Positions 37,161 to 50,397 of a stretch of DNA of 64,000 bases are shown piece after piece. Both the position numbers and the translations under genes were made by a program. Numbering within the stretch: the stretch's first letter is position 1; the number at the start of each line of letters is the position of its first letter. This DNA comes from Octopus bimaculoides (taxonomy: Eukaryota): NCBI RefSeq assembly GCF_001194135.2, contig NC_068988.1, positions 94,429,435 through 94,493,434 of the forward strand, read 5' to 3'. The notes under the pieces were generated by a model, which worked only from the letters and a program-made list of their open reading frames with translations, was not told the DNA's origin and searched no databases.

Positions 37161-39834
37161 CTCTACATGGTGTCTCAGTCTGCTAGAAATAGCATCTAAA
37201 TGCCCCTCATAGGTTACTTCCTTCACATTAACAGGATACATTGTACAATGTAGTACTTGGTTTACAGAAGGACAAGGTGGCCATGGCTGGGAGGCATTTG
37301 ATCATGTCTCTCTCTTCTCTGCTTCGTCAGACTTGCGTCTAAAAAATAATAATATTGTCATCAACAACCACAACAACAATATTAGCCTTATCATTAGTTG
37401 ACATCTTCAGGAATGTTGTCGCAATCATCATCATCATCGTCATTATGGTCGCAATCATCATTATCATGATCATCATCATCATCATCATTATCATCACCAC
37501 CACCACCACCACCATCATCATGGCTGGAATAACTGGATTATATCTCTACTCGATTAACGTTCATCTCGATCTAAAGAACCACAACTAACCTTCATATGCT
37601 GACTGTATCACAACTAACACTGAAGGAGCACACACACACACACATTAACACACCGCTAAATCACTCCTTTAAGCACTGTTACAATTAACATATTACAAAA
37701 GTACCACCAACGCCGTCATTAATTAACAGAATCACTAACGCAATATTTTGGTGTCAATGAAACGGTACATAACACCATATTCTCTAGACTTCATAAATAC
37801 AGATATAGGCTGATTGTAAAACTCTACTGTTTACTGACCACCAAGTCTTTCGTAGTTAAGGGGAAAAAAAATTAACCGACACGTTTTTTTAATTTTCTCA
37901 ACAACCATCAAGGCAACTTATCTCTATAAGGAAGATTTCTCTTAAATTTAGTGCCTCAGAATTAAGAGAAGCAGCTATGAGAAGACTTGAGACGAAACAC
38001 ACGTCGGTAGGTCCCTTAACTCTTAGCTACCAAAATTACTTGTTCTTAATATAATTTTACAACATACACTAAATAGACGTTCGTGAGACATGTTAATGAT
38101 TTCATCAAGACATGTATGTCAGTCATTAACGAATATATCGAACTCTACGGCAAAAGCTCTATACTGAATATAAAGTATAAGAAATAAATGGATTTGTGTT
38201 TGCTTTCGATAATTCGAGTTACTTATTGGCTGTCATTTAATTTGAGATAATAACCAACTTGAAATCGTGTTAGAGGTGGAAATTTTCCTGTTAATTCACA
38301 TAAAATTCTCTGTAAGAATTAACAGCTGGTAGTGGTAACGTGTTTTCATTCACCGTATTCAACACTAAGCCACATGCAGGACCTAAAGCAACATAAGGGT
38401 GGCGGGGCGGGGTCTTGGATCTCCAGATTACAAGCGAAGGAAACAACGATTATAAATGACGTTCTTTCCAATTCCTTTATAATTTACTTTAATCACGAAC
38501 TGAAGAGGATGTCTCTACATGGTCAGACAATACGCTGGAACTTGCAGCTAATTCCTTCAAATCACGAACCACAATCTTAAAGAGGAAAATCAAGAGATAT
38601 ACAGAAAGGCAGTATGAATATTGTAGAATGACTTTGATCATGGGTGCTCAATTAGGATTGACTCGGGGCTAATTAACAACGACAACAACAACTCAATCTA
38701 AAATGGAGTACTTGATATGTAAAACCATTAGCCAATTATAATCTATAGCAGGACGCGAACCATTGGCCTTTGGCTAATACTGCTATGGACTCCATATGAG
38801 TCAACAAGAAAATATCTACGTGGTCGCTCTTCTGCTAAAAAGAGCAACCTAAAATCTCTCAAATCTTTCCCTAGCATCTCAAGAAAGTATAATCGAATTG
38901 AATCTAAAACATGATACAGTTCGATTCTTACTTACACTAAGGTTAAACACCACCACCGCTGCAGCCCTTGCCACCACCTATAGTAACAGCAACAACAACA
39001 ACAACAACAAGATGCCATTGTTTCAGCTATCTTGCATTTTGAAATGCTTTCTGTTCTTCTGCCTAAAAATATCTCACACCCATTTGGTTATTTTATTATT
39101 CCTATGAGCACAAAATGTAAACAACATATGGTAGAGTGAGTCTGTTAATATTTCAACAGACCAGTCTATGTTTGCAAACTCTCTCTTTGTTGTTTTAAGA
39201 GAAGAGATACAAAACCATGACACGTCTATCTAATCAAGAAAAACTGTCAACCTTCATTGCTACATCTAGATAGCATAAGCATCCACTTTGATAAGGCGAG
39301 GCTTATTAATCACGTTGTTTCCAGTTACATAATTAAACATCAGAAACAGTTTTCATTTAAGCATGTATATTGTCCGAGAGGTTAACATTGATTCTCTCAA
39401 GATAGTCCGCTTCACGAAACATTATGGCGCGAGTAGAGACAATGCTTTTAATGTGAATAAAATGCGTTGAGGTACCACATGAGAAAATGATGTAGTTTGT
39501 CATTTTCTGTCCTGCAGGCAAGAGTCCTGCTGCTTCACTGAACAAACTAATAACAGTTTACATTGGATGAAACTTTTACAACTCACCACCATCGCCGTCC
39601 CTCTACTTCTGCCTCTCACACATGCAGTCTCTAAAGTTTAATTTTTCTCTGTATTTAACTCAAAGCAACCTGTTTTATATATCTTCTATAATTATTATTA
39701 CGTTTTAATTTCCTTTAAAGAGACAGCCTATAGTTGTTACTCTTTAATGTGAATAATCTGCCTTGAGACAAAAAGACCCGATATCAGGTTTGTAATGTTT
39801 GAATACGAGCTCTCAAGAATGAATTTTAACTTCG

Positions 39835-40056
39835 TCATATTGGTTTCAAATTTTGGCACGAGGCTAGCATTTCAGTAGAGGAGATAAGTTAATTACATCG
39901 ACCCCAATACTCAAATAGTACATATTTTGTTGACACCGAAAGGATCACAAAGGCAAAGTCAACCATGGCGGAATTTGAAATCAGAATGTATAAAGACGGA
40001 CGAAATGCTGCTATGCATTTTGCCCGGCATGCTAACGATTCTGCCAGCTCGCCACC
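39835..40056 (-). mobile_element. SINE family 1 (type-b tail)
   Basis: Head ggtggcgagctggcagaatcgttagc at 40056; family body; tail gcctcgtgccaaaatttgaaaccaatat. Confidence 0.88.
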
Positions 40057-40504
40057 TTTTTAACTTTATTATATTCAAACAACAATATAAACACTTTGAT
40101 ATGTTTATGAAATCGGTTTGTAGAAGCCAGTTTAGTCTTTACATCACATTGTGTCGCACAATCAAAAACTGAAGGCTATGAGAGACTAAGACATCTTTAA
40201 GCATAAAATATCACTAATTTGAAGCTCAAAATCAAACGTTTGTATGTAGCTCCATACACGCACACGTATACTGGCAGACGTATACATGCACATATATACA
40301 CATATATATATATACATTATTTAAATGTATGTACGCGCGTTTATAGACACACACCCTCATTTCGCCCGGCGCTCAGAAATTTGTTACATTCCACTCTACT
40401 CTGAATACTAACCTCTATGCAAAAACAACCTAAGAATGCTTCATAGCATTCTTATGAAAGGTTGAACCTTTCCTAAGGTTCATATAACATTCTTATGAAA
40501 GGAT

Positions 40505-40722
40505 CTGATGGCAGAATCGTTAGTATGCCGGACAAAACGCTTAGTGACATTTCGTCCGTCTTTACGCTCCGATTCTAAATTCTGTGAACGTGAACTTTGC
40601 AACTTAATCTTTCATTCATTCGGGGCCGATATAATAATACCAGTTGTACACTGAGGTTGATGTAATCGATTTAAGCCCTCTTCCGAAATTGCTGGCCTTG
40701 TGCCAAAATTTGAATCCAATAT
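40505..40722 (+). mobile_element. SINE family 1 (type-b tail)
   Basis: tggcagaatcgttagtatgccggac...taccagttgtacactgaggttgatgtaatcgat...ggccttgtgccaaaatttgaatccaatatt. Confidence 0.85.
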
Positions 40723-42229
40723 TTCTATTGAAGCTGTTCTAACAATTCACTTTAATCTCTTAGTCTCCTACGTACAACAATATATGTAAAGGGGAATTCT
40801 TAAAAATCAACAATAAAGCCAACGTTTCAGGAAGCATTAATAATGGAGAACTGGAAAATCGGGCGCGCGAGCGCAATACAAACAAACAAACAAACAAACA
40901 AGCAAACAAACAAACAAACAAACAAAGCCTATACACGCATACTTGTCAAGTAAATATCTTCTGCCTCTTGCTATGAAGATAGGTTACTGTGTTCCGTGTA
41001 AACTTTCTCGGAAGTCACTTTTTCGGCCCTTGTCTTGACAATCGGCCAACTGAAAAACTGCCAAAATCCCATTTGATTGTTTGATGTCAGTTTTATTATA
41101 AAAGTGATTAGCATTGCTCTAATGTCATAAGCTCACGCGCCAGCATTGAACTAATATTGAATAATAAATAAATGTAAAATAAGAATTAATAAAATAAAGA
41201 AACAAAAACAAGAGATTTACGAGAGGAACAAAAGACACAACAGTCTTTTAATCTATTTAATACTTACACAATTTAGATATTTACTTGTAATTCAACACTA
41301 GATTTCAAGTTCTATTTCCTTATTCTCCCGTGGAATATCTCACAGGTTGTTTAGAATCAATAAAATGGTGATAATGATAGAATAGTTGTGTTGTTAGAAG
41401 AGAATTTTAAAATCAGAGAACGTATGTCAAAGTACTGAACAAAAATAAGAAGGGAGAAATATTCGTCAGCTTTGATGTTTCCATGACCAAATACCAACTG
41501 CTGCGTTCTTACGTTTCTACCAAATTCGTCAAAAGAAGGAAATCAATAACCAGAGAAAGAAGAATTCAGATCCTTTCCTTCTCCAGTCGAATAATTTAAC
41601 ATAAAATTCTTTATGCCACACTTTATTATTTATCTAAATTCATGCTTACATTTGACCACTTGGAGTATTCACAACTTCCCATTTTATCCTTTTAATTATG
41701 CAAATTACTAGTGGAAAATATTCCTTGTAACTCTTTCTACGTGTAAATCATTGGGTGATCCATAGGTTTACGTTGACAAACTTTGTTCTACTGATAATGT
41801 CCAATAAAACTGGAACACATCGAAAGCTGTTTCCTTACTAGCAAAGAAAGATCAGGTTTCCCTTCGTACAACTTTTTACGCAACTGTGCAATGGCGACAA
41901 CCAGTCAATAGTTACTATCGTACCAACACGGTTGATGCTCTGAACACATAAGTATACAGAACCACAACTATATTTATAATTAAGACTAAGAGTAGGGGCA
42001 ATGGCTGATGTACCTATCGGGATGAACCACCACCTCCTCCGTGAAAAATTATCAGTAAATTAAATCTAGACATGAAATGAAGAGGAAGTGTTTAATATTG
42101 ATGATACTACGTTTCATGAAAGGGAAACGAATTAATTCTGATATCTATGGTCATAAAATATTGAATAGGATGACAACGTGCAGGTGGGAGAAGGAGCTGT
42201 GTTTCATCTTTGGCACGTAAGATAACAAC

Positions 42230-42268
42230 ATCGGACATGTTTGGGTCTAATTAGACCTCATCAGCGAA
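42230..42268 (-). ncRNA. Hammerhead-like motif (family B) with G12->C core substitution
   Basis: Minus: ttcg CTGATGA ggtct-aatt-agacc CAAA catgtc cgat; perfect helix II, palindromic ACATGT, GUC triplet; base 42243 breaks GAAA. Confidence 0.6.
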
Positions 42269-42494
42269 GCATGGATTTCAATTAAATTTGATATTTGACA
42301 TAGAAAGAAATTTTGGTAGCATAGGAAAAGGCTAAAACTCATTGACTTCATTGCTATAAAAAGAAATCGTCATGGTTGGTGAGCCTCTCTTTAATACACT
42401 GAACACAGTTCAAAATGCACACTAAAGGCTGATATGGTTCAACGCTAGCTTTTAATATCAGCCAATCAGTATTCATATATATATATATATATAT

Positions 42495-42745
42495 CACGTG
42501 ATCATGTGACCGACCAGACTATCGGATATTGTTACACATTGCTTTGTATCGTTTTAGCCTTTGGATGACGCCACCCGGATACTTAGGTGAGCAGGCCAAC
42601 ATGCCCCACTGATCGGAACGGAGACGGGACCAACTTTAAATGAAGTGTTTTGCTCAAGAACACAATGCGCCGCCCTGTCTGGGAATTGAACAAGGTATAG
42701 CGACTGGGAGCGCAACAACCTAACCACTAGGCCATGAGCTTTCGC
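42495..42745 (-). mobile_element. tRNA-derived SINE family 4
   Basis: Minus: gctcatggcctagtggttaggttgttgcgctccc...gttcaattcccagac...gcattgtgttcttgagcaaaacacttcattt. Confidence 0.8.
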
Positions 42746-43059
42746 ACACACTCATGTATATATATATATATATATATATATNNNNNNNNNNNNNNNNNNN
42801 NNNNNNNNNNNNNNNNNNNNNNNNNNNNNNNNNNNNNNNNNNNNNNNNNNNNNNNNNNNNNNNNNNNNNNNNNNNNNNNNNNNNNNNNNNNNNNNNNNNN
42901 NNNNNNNNNNNNNNNNNNNNNNNNNNNNNNNNNNNNNNNNNNNNNNNNNNNNNNNNNNNNNNNNNNNNNNNNNNNNNNNNNNNNNNNNNNNNNNNNNNNN
43001 NNNNNNNNNNNNNNNNNNNNNNNNNNNNNNNNNNNNNNNNNNNNNNNNNNNNNNNNNNN

Positions 43060-43095
<36 letters not shown>

Positions 43096-43163
43096 GTAAC
43101 GAATGACGAAATACTGCTAAGCATTTCGCCCTGGGTGCTAACGATTCTGCCAGCTCGCCGCCT
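43096..43163 (-). mobile_element. SINE family 1 head fragment
   Basis: ggcggcgagctggcagaatcgttagcacccagggcgaaatgcttagc on minus, ending in a (TG)n tract. Confidence 0.8.
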
Positions 43164-43768
43164 TATCATATTGACTTTATAGATGTTCCGTCATTGGGTC
43201 TTTTTTCGCTGAAGTGCAATTCTGCTCGAACGACAACATGCAGGCTTACTGAATGGTTACATTTGCAGGCAAAAGAGTGAATGGATAATGTTGGTTGACT
43301 AATGCTGGATGAATAATGCATGATGACTAATGTTCAGTGAATATTGACCTATTTTATTTTCATTTCTTTTATTTCGTTGTAAATACTTTTTTCTTCTTTC
43401 TTTGTCCAAAGAAATATGACGTTTCAATCATCGTGAAAAAACTAAATGAAATAACAAATGGATATGGTGCAGATATTTAATTATAGTATTATTAATTATT
43501 AACAACCTGAAGTTAATTAACAAACGGAATCAGGAATATAAAATTGCTTAACAAGTGCCGGGATTGAAACCAGCGTCGGAAAACAAACGGAAGACAAATA
43601 ATAGAAATGACGAAATCACTAATTATTGGACAAACAACACCAAATTGAATTTCTAGGAATCTTTCCCATTTACAGTTGTTTCAGAAGACTCCTAATTCTT
43701 GAAGAAAAGCACTCTCACTCACTCTCTCTCCCCCTCTCTCACTCCCTCTCCCTCTGATTCTTTCGCAA

Positions 43769-43802
<34 letters not shown>

Positions 43803-43878
43803 AATACATACACATACATGCATACACATACGTACAAACAGAAATATATGTAACTATACGTGTATGCGTATATTACCC

Positions 43879-43930
<52 letters not shown>

Positions 43931-44030
43931 AACATATATATATATATAGGAAGGTTAGCAGGCGTAATATAAACATATATATATATATATATATACACAT
44001 ACATGTGAATATATATGTATACATATGCAT

Positions 44031-44078
<48 letters not shown>

Positions 44079-44649
44079 TATTCGGGTACTTCTCTCCCAT
44101 ATTTTTTTTATCTTATTCTCTTTCAGCTCTTTTCTTTCGCTCCATTTTTCTCTTTTTCTTTCCTTTTATCTAGCAGTATTCTTCTTCCTCTTCTTTCTTT
44201 CATCCTTTCTCTCATTTCCTCCCTTCTTCTTCTTCTTCTTCTTCTTCTTCTTCTTCTTCCTCCACTTGCCTCGCTCCCAATTTGTTAATCTCTTACATTC
44301 TCTGCTTATCTCTAGTTTAAAACTTTTTGAATCTTTTCTCCTCACCGTTCGCNNNNNNNNNNNNNNNNNNNNNNNNNNNNNNNNNNNNNNNNNNNNNNNN
44401 NNNNNNNNNNNNNNNNNNNNNNNNNNNNNNNNNNNNNNNNNNNNNNNNNNNNNNNNNNNNNNNNNNNNNNNNNNNNNNNNNNNNNNNNNNNNNNNNNNNN
44501 NNNNNNNNNNNNNNNNNNNNNNNNNNNNNNNNNNNNNNNNNNNNNNNNNNNNNNNNNNNNNNNNNNNNNNNNNNNNNNNNNNNNNNNNNNNNNNNNNNNN
44601 NNNTAAATATATACATGTGTATGTGTGTGCGTGTGTATGTTTGCGTGAA

Positions 44650-44684
<35 letters not shown>

Positions 44685-46164
44685 GCCAGTATATATGATC
44701 ATCTCTACACGTTTCTGTTCTTCCAAATTTGCATAAAATTTTCTCTCATTCTTCTTCTTTCTCTCCTGACTTTTCCCTCCCTCTCTAACTCCCTCTTCCA
44801 CTCTCTCTTCCTCACTCCCTCTCTCTCTTCCCCGCTTTATTACTCACTGCATTATCTCGCCTTCAAAATGCCTAATTTCCCCCCCCCCCACCTATACACA
44901 TTAATATCCGCCTACAACATTTTTAACGTCCACTGCGTTATTTCTCTCATACAAACATATATATCCTAATATATGGACATATGTATGCCTTTGAACTCCA
45001 TATATGGATTTATGCATATATGTATATGCTGTTTTTTTTCTTTTTAATTAATAGTCTTCATAATGCGAAGAAAAGCCAGCTTCCAACAAAATATTTGGAT
45101 TATAAGAATGTTAAATTCTATACGTTAAACTTCAGAAAAGTTTGAATATTTTTACTTTTCCGTTAACAGAAGATATTTCTAAAATGTATGTAACTTGGTC
45201 GTCCTTGCCTGAAAATCCCCAATTTTTCACATATTTAATAGCGCGAAATGAAAATGTATGGTTAGCCTTTAATGTAGTAGGTTAAGAGCAAGTCACCCAG
45301 TTATTCCGTACCAGAAAGTAAGAACATTGAAGTGCATTCAACACTAAATGATTCGCCTTTGAAACTAAGTGGCATTATGTCGTCATCCCTAATGCAATTT
45401 AGCATAACTTTACACTCTTCTACTTGCACTCACATGAACGCATGCACATACATATATACATTCGCACAAAGTGTGTTTATATGGATTGGTGTTCTCACTA
45501 CTGGGATATCACATTAACTTAATGACACAATAAAAAGCAGTAATATTAAACAAGACTAGCTTTAGACAAGACACCCTGACTCTCTAATTATTGACTGACG
45601 GGGGATTATGGGCAGATGTGAAATCAGTTGATGCCATTTGAGTATTGAAACTGTTTCTTGGTCTTCGAATCCCGAGAGACTGCATTTTTTCTATCACTAA
45701 CACAGCCTCTTCAAATACAACTAATTCATGCCGCATGCGCCATTGTTAATATAATATTGTTTATATATTTATTTCACTATTGACTTTAATTATTATTTAA
45801 GCTAGTGCAAATGTTATTTTCGTCAATGCAAACACTGCTTTCCATTTTCCAACAAGTCTTCCTTGTTGTTCTACTGTTAAACAGAAAAGCTTAACGAAGA
45901 GATGTTTATTTTTGTTTGTAATATGATTGCTAGATTAAACAGAATATTGAAAATATTCGTTAATAAGATTTCAGAATTAAAGTGCTATAAACGGCAATTT
46001 CCAATCCTGTATTTTGAAAGACATAAATCCACAACTTTAGTCTTCCGAGTGAATGGTATTGTGTTATAGTAAATAATTTCTCAACAGGTTTTATTTTTAG
46101 TTGAGATTAACAGATCGAAATATTGTGTTGTTAATATATCCGAGATCAAGAGATATTCTGGAGC

Positions 46165-46212
<48 letters not shown>

Positions 46213-46480
46213 AGACAGACAGAGACACAGAGAGAGACAGACAGACAGGGAGGGAGAGACAGAGATCACAATAAAAGTCATCTTAGAAAGTATATATGAG
46301 TCTAGAGATTTTAGAAAAGCGAAATGGATTCAAAATGGAACTGCAGCTATAGAAAACGTGGGGAGGGTATCTTTCACTAGAAACAACAGCTCAACTTATC
46401 GTCCTCATTTATTTTTTAATTTTGTTTTATATATTTTTGATTTAGTTTAAAGCGCTTTTTTCCTGTTGAGGGATGAAATG

Positions 46481-46583
46481 TATAACTATAATTTTTAAAA
46501 ATATTTTTCCCGATATCATTAGCAGAAATATATAACTATAATTTTTAAAAATATTTTTCCCGATATCATTAGCAGAAATATAT
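46481..46583. repeat. Exact 50-bp tandem duplication
   Basis: tataactataatttttaaaaatatttttcccgatatcattagcagaaata twice (46481-46530, 46531-46580). Confidence 0.95.
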
Positions 46584-47267
46584 TGGCATTTATCAGCATC
46601 AGCTGGCACACACACTTTATGTGTCTTTCGTCCAATTCTGCCTTCTAAAGTTCCAGTTTGATTGTTCTCATACATATACATCAACATTTATAATCGCTTA
46701 GAAATGTTCTATTTCTCCTTCAGCAAATTCTACCTTATAAACAGAAATGTTTACGTCAGATAGGTGAAGTGTTTAATATTGTTCAAGAAAATCTTAATGA
46801 AGTGATATATGCTCATAGTTGGCGAAGGCGAGCAAAAATACACCTAGTGGCTATTGTTAGCCAATCTCAAAGAAGAGGGGAAATGATTATTTTGAGAATT
46901 TAAATAAATTACGTAGAAAATTGAACTTTCATGCTTCCAGCGAAAATCTGATTTTTATTAACCGACTTTTATAAGTACAAAAAGACTTACCATGATTTTG
47001 GACAGTTGAATTTGCATAATTAAAAAAGTGAAGTAACGTTAATAATTCAAGTGGGCCAATAGCATGAATTTGGATAATTCAAGTGGTGTATTAATGAATT
47101 GGAAATTTGCCTTTTAGTTGGTGAAAGAAAACAACAAATATATAAAGACGATATTATCCATACTCAAAGCAACTTTGTTTCAAGACATTATAAATTATTT
47201 TCTCAATAACTGAATTTTGATCAAAACTTAGGTAGATATATGATGTTTTTCAGTCAGAAATCTGACA

Positions 47268-47310
47268 GGTACGGACATGTTTCGATTTTATTAAAGCCTC
47301 ACCAGCAAAA
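47268..47310 (-). ncRNA. Decayed hammerhead-like motif (family B)
   Basis: Minus: ttttg CTGGTGA ggcttt-aat-aaaatc GAAA catgtc cgtac; shares AAACATGTCCG with 42230 copy; A6->G and helix mismatches. Confidence 0.4.
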
Positions 47311-47679
47311 TATTTACTGAAACCAGTTTTGATCATTGCAGAGAAACTTTACAAAGAAAAGCATATTTTTCGGAGGATTTTGACTGTATAATTGTATAAT
47401 TTAGAAACGAATTTGAAATAAGGGAAATAACTTAAGTTTGCTGTTGTCGAATCATTAGAGAATTTAGTAAGTGGGATTTATTTCAAATTATCTCCTCGTT
47501 CTCCGTCCAGAGACATTAACCATTGCCAGTTTTCCCCTCCCCACGTTACCAGCAAATTCCAGTTACTAAAGAAATGTTTCTAATGAATTTGAATACATTA
47601 TATCACAACCTTCATGAATTTTCTATTAAATGTCATTGGTCCCTTTGAGCTATTTCCCAGCTCCCTTTATATATTTATG

Positions 47680-47818
47680 ACGGCATTGCTTCCCATCGAC
47701 ATGGCTCCAGGTTGAGTCCCTCTGCTTGGTATCTTGGACAAGTGTCTTCTCCTAGAGCCTCGGGCCGACCAAAGACTTCTGAGTGGATTCGGTAGATTGA
47801 AACTGAAACCACGTGTTG

Positions 47819-47885
<67 letters not shown>
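47680..47885 (+). mobile_element. SINE family 2, 5' half running into (TA)n(TG)n and a gap
   Basis: catggctccaggttgagtccc...caagtgtcttctcctagagcctcgggccgaccaaag...gagtggattcggtagattgaaactgaaa. Confidence 0.85.
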
Positions 47886-48187
47886 NNNNNNNNNNNNNNN
47901 NNNNNNNNNNNNNNNNNNNNNNNNNNNNNNNNNNNNNNNNNNNNNNNNNNNNNNNNNNNNNNNNNNNNNNNNNNNNNNNNNNNNNNNNNNNNNNNNNNNN
48001 NNNNNNNNNNNNNNNNNNNNNNNNNNNNNNNNNNNNNNNNNNNNNNNNNNNNNNNNNNNNNNNNNNNNNNNNNNNNNNNNNNNNNNNNNNNNNNNNNNNN
48101 NNNNNNNNNNNNNNNNNNNNNNNNNNNNNNNNNNNNNNNNNNNNNNNNNNNNNNNNNNNNNNNNNNNNNNNNNNNNNNNNNNNNNNN

Positions 48188-48240
<53 letters not shown>

Positions 48241-49752
48241 ATGTATGTATGTATCTATGTATCTATGAATCTATGTATGTATAATGTATGTATTAAATGG
48301 GGTATTGCATATACGCATAGTAATAGATATTTGCATGTGAATTATATATAGCTACACGTAAATGTATACTTGTGTGTATATATACGTAAACGTATAGTAC
48401 GTACCTATGCATATATATGTGTGTGAGATTTAAGTTCTTCGCATGAATGAAACTTGTCTCTAAGAAAGATGGAAATCTTTTTCTTTTTGTATGAAAGTCA
48501 CGGTAATTGCAAGTGTTTGTAAGATACGCATACATGTAGGTCTGTGAGTGGATATACATCCACGTATAAAAAAGGGTGTACATGTCTCTTTAGTACACGA
48601 AATGCCACTAAGCATGTTGGTCGGCATTTGCCAGCTTGTCTTTTCTACTTAGAGGTAGGTTGTCTGCAAAATTCACGGTAGAAAACCTTCGGAACAGACG
48701 GACAAAACAAGGCGTCGCTTATAGGATACGAAACAGAAGCTCCTTAGTCTTCCACCTTTCTTCCTGATGACAGAAAACGAGGTAAAGAAGCACATTTCTA
48801 AAATTTGTTTCTTGATATTAAAGTTCCAACAACATCCCCGCCACACACACACACACACACACCTGGCTCTTATTCTCGCTTTTATTTCACTTTAACAACA
48901 TTCACCTCCTATTCACCCCCAATTATCATTATCTTTGTTCATTTCCATAAAACTTTCTTTTCTACTTCTTTTTCTTTTTTACTTTATTTTATAATTGTGT
49001 TTAATCTTCACCTTCGTGTTTGCCTTTCCTCCCTTTTGCTCTTTGGTTTCCTTTCACCTCTCTTTGCTCTCGAATGCTCTCAAGCTTTCAACCACTTCTT
49101 CACATCTCCTCCAACTTTCAGGGCTAATAACCAGTCAAGTATTCACACTAGTATCAAGGCGCTTCTATTAACAACATGTGTTTAATGCTCCATTTAATCA
49201 TATCAGTTTAACTGGATAGTGGAAAACACCATCATAAAAGCGTGATTACAGTATTGGAAGCCATGTTGTATTGATGCGGTTTAAAGAGATTCCGGCTTCT
49301 GTTTGGTGAGAGAACATCTTAAGATATTGGAAAACTATTTTTTCTTCTCTGTGGATAAAGAGAGCTTCTAAGCTTCATAGCGGTTTTCAGATTTCCCTTT
49401 CAAAAATATCAGAAAACCGCGAACAAAATGAATTTTCATCAATATGAATTTTTGAAAAAAATCTTTAATTAGATAATTAGTTTATCGCAATCATGATTTT
49501 ATTTATTTATTTATTTATTTTTGAATTTTTTCTCTCTTTTGGTTAAATTGATTAAAATATATAATATAATGATTGATTAACTTATATAAGCAAATGGAGA
49601 CATGGGTGAAGATGCACATCCGCCTAAAATAGCCATCGAGACTACTACCAAGAGATGGTTTCAGGAGAAAATATTTATCAGAAATACTGTAGCCATTAAC
49701 ACTGATTCGAAACGACAGATTTGATACGTAGTAATGTAGAGATGGAGAGAAC

Positions 49753-49783
<31 letters not shown>

Positions 49784-49965
49784 GGATAGAGAGAGAGAGA
49801 GAGAGAGAGAGAGGGATAGAGAGAGAGAGAGAGAGAGGGATAGAGACAGACAGAAATGTACACACACACGCAGACAGACGGAAAAAGACAAAGCGGTAGA
49901 GAGAGAAGAGACGGACAGTGAGTAGAGGATAAGGTTTCATTGCCGTTCGTCAGCATATTCGATAT

Positions 49966-50182
49966 AGGCGCAGGAGTGGCTGTGTGGTCAGTGGCTTGCT
50001 TACCAACCACATGGTTCCGGGTTCAGTCTCACTGCATGGCACCTTAGGCAAGCGTCTTCTACTATAGCCTCGGGTCGACCAAAGCCTTGTGTGTGGATTT
50101 GGTAGACGGGAAGTTAAAGAAGCCCGTCGTATNNNNNNNNNNGTGTGTGGATTTGGTAGACGGGAAGTTAAAGAAGCCCGTC

Positions 50183-50218
<36 letters not shown>

Positions 50219-50397
50219 ACCCAACGTCGCTTGTCAACCGATGGTGGTGTGCTTACGTCCCCGTAACTTAGCGGTTCGGCAACGAGACCGATAGAATAAG
50301 TACTAGGCTTACAAAGAATAAGTCCTGCGGTCCATTTGTTCGACTAAAGGCGGTGCTCCTGCATGGCCGCAGTCAAATGACTGAAACAAGTAAATGA
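49966..50397 (+). mobile_element. Near-complete SINE family 2 with internal (TG)n
   Basis: ggcgcaggagtggctgtgtgg head, gggttcagtc B-box-like motif, cttaggcaagcgtc central part, internal microsatellite, tail gcatggccgcagtcaaatgactgaaacaagtaaa. Confidence 0.9.

Noticed and set aside
37975-38010. ctatga...cgaaacacacgtc hammerhead-like string
   Set aside because: Core lacks a G, and neither helix I nor helix II can be paired.
50083-50185. Direct duplication of gtgtggatttggtagacgggaagttaaagaagcccgtcgtat
   Set aside because: Copies flank a 10-N gap; typical contig-overlap artefact. The same applies to 57440-57590.
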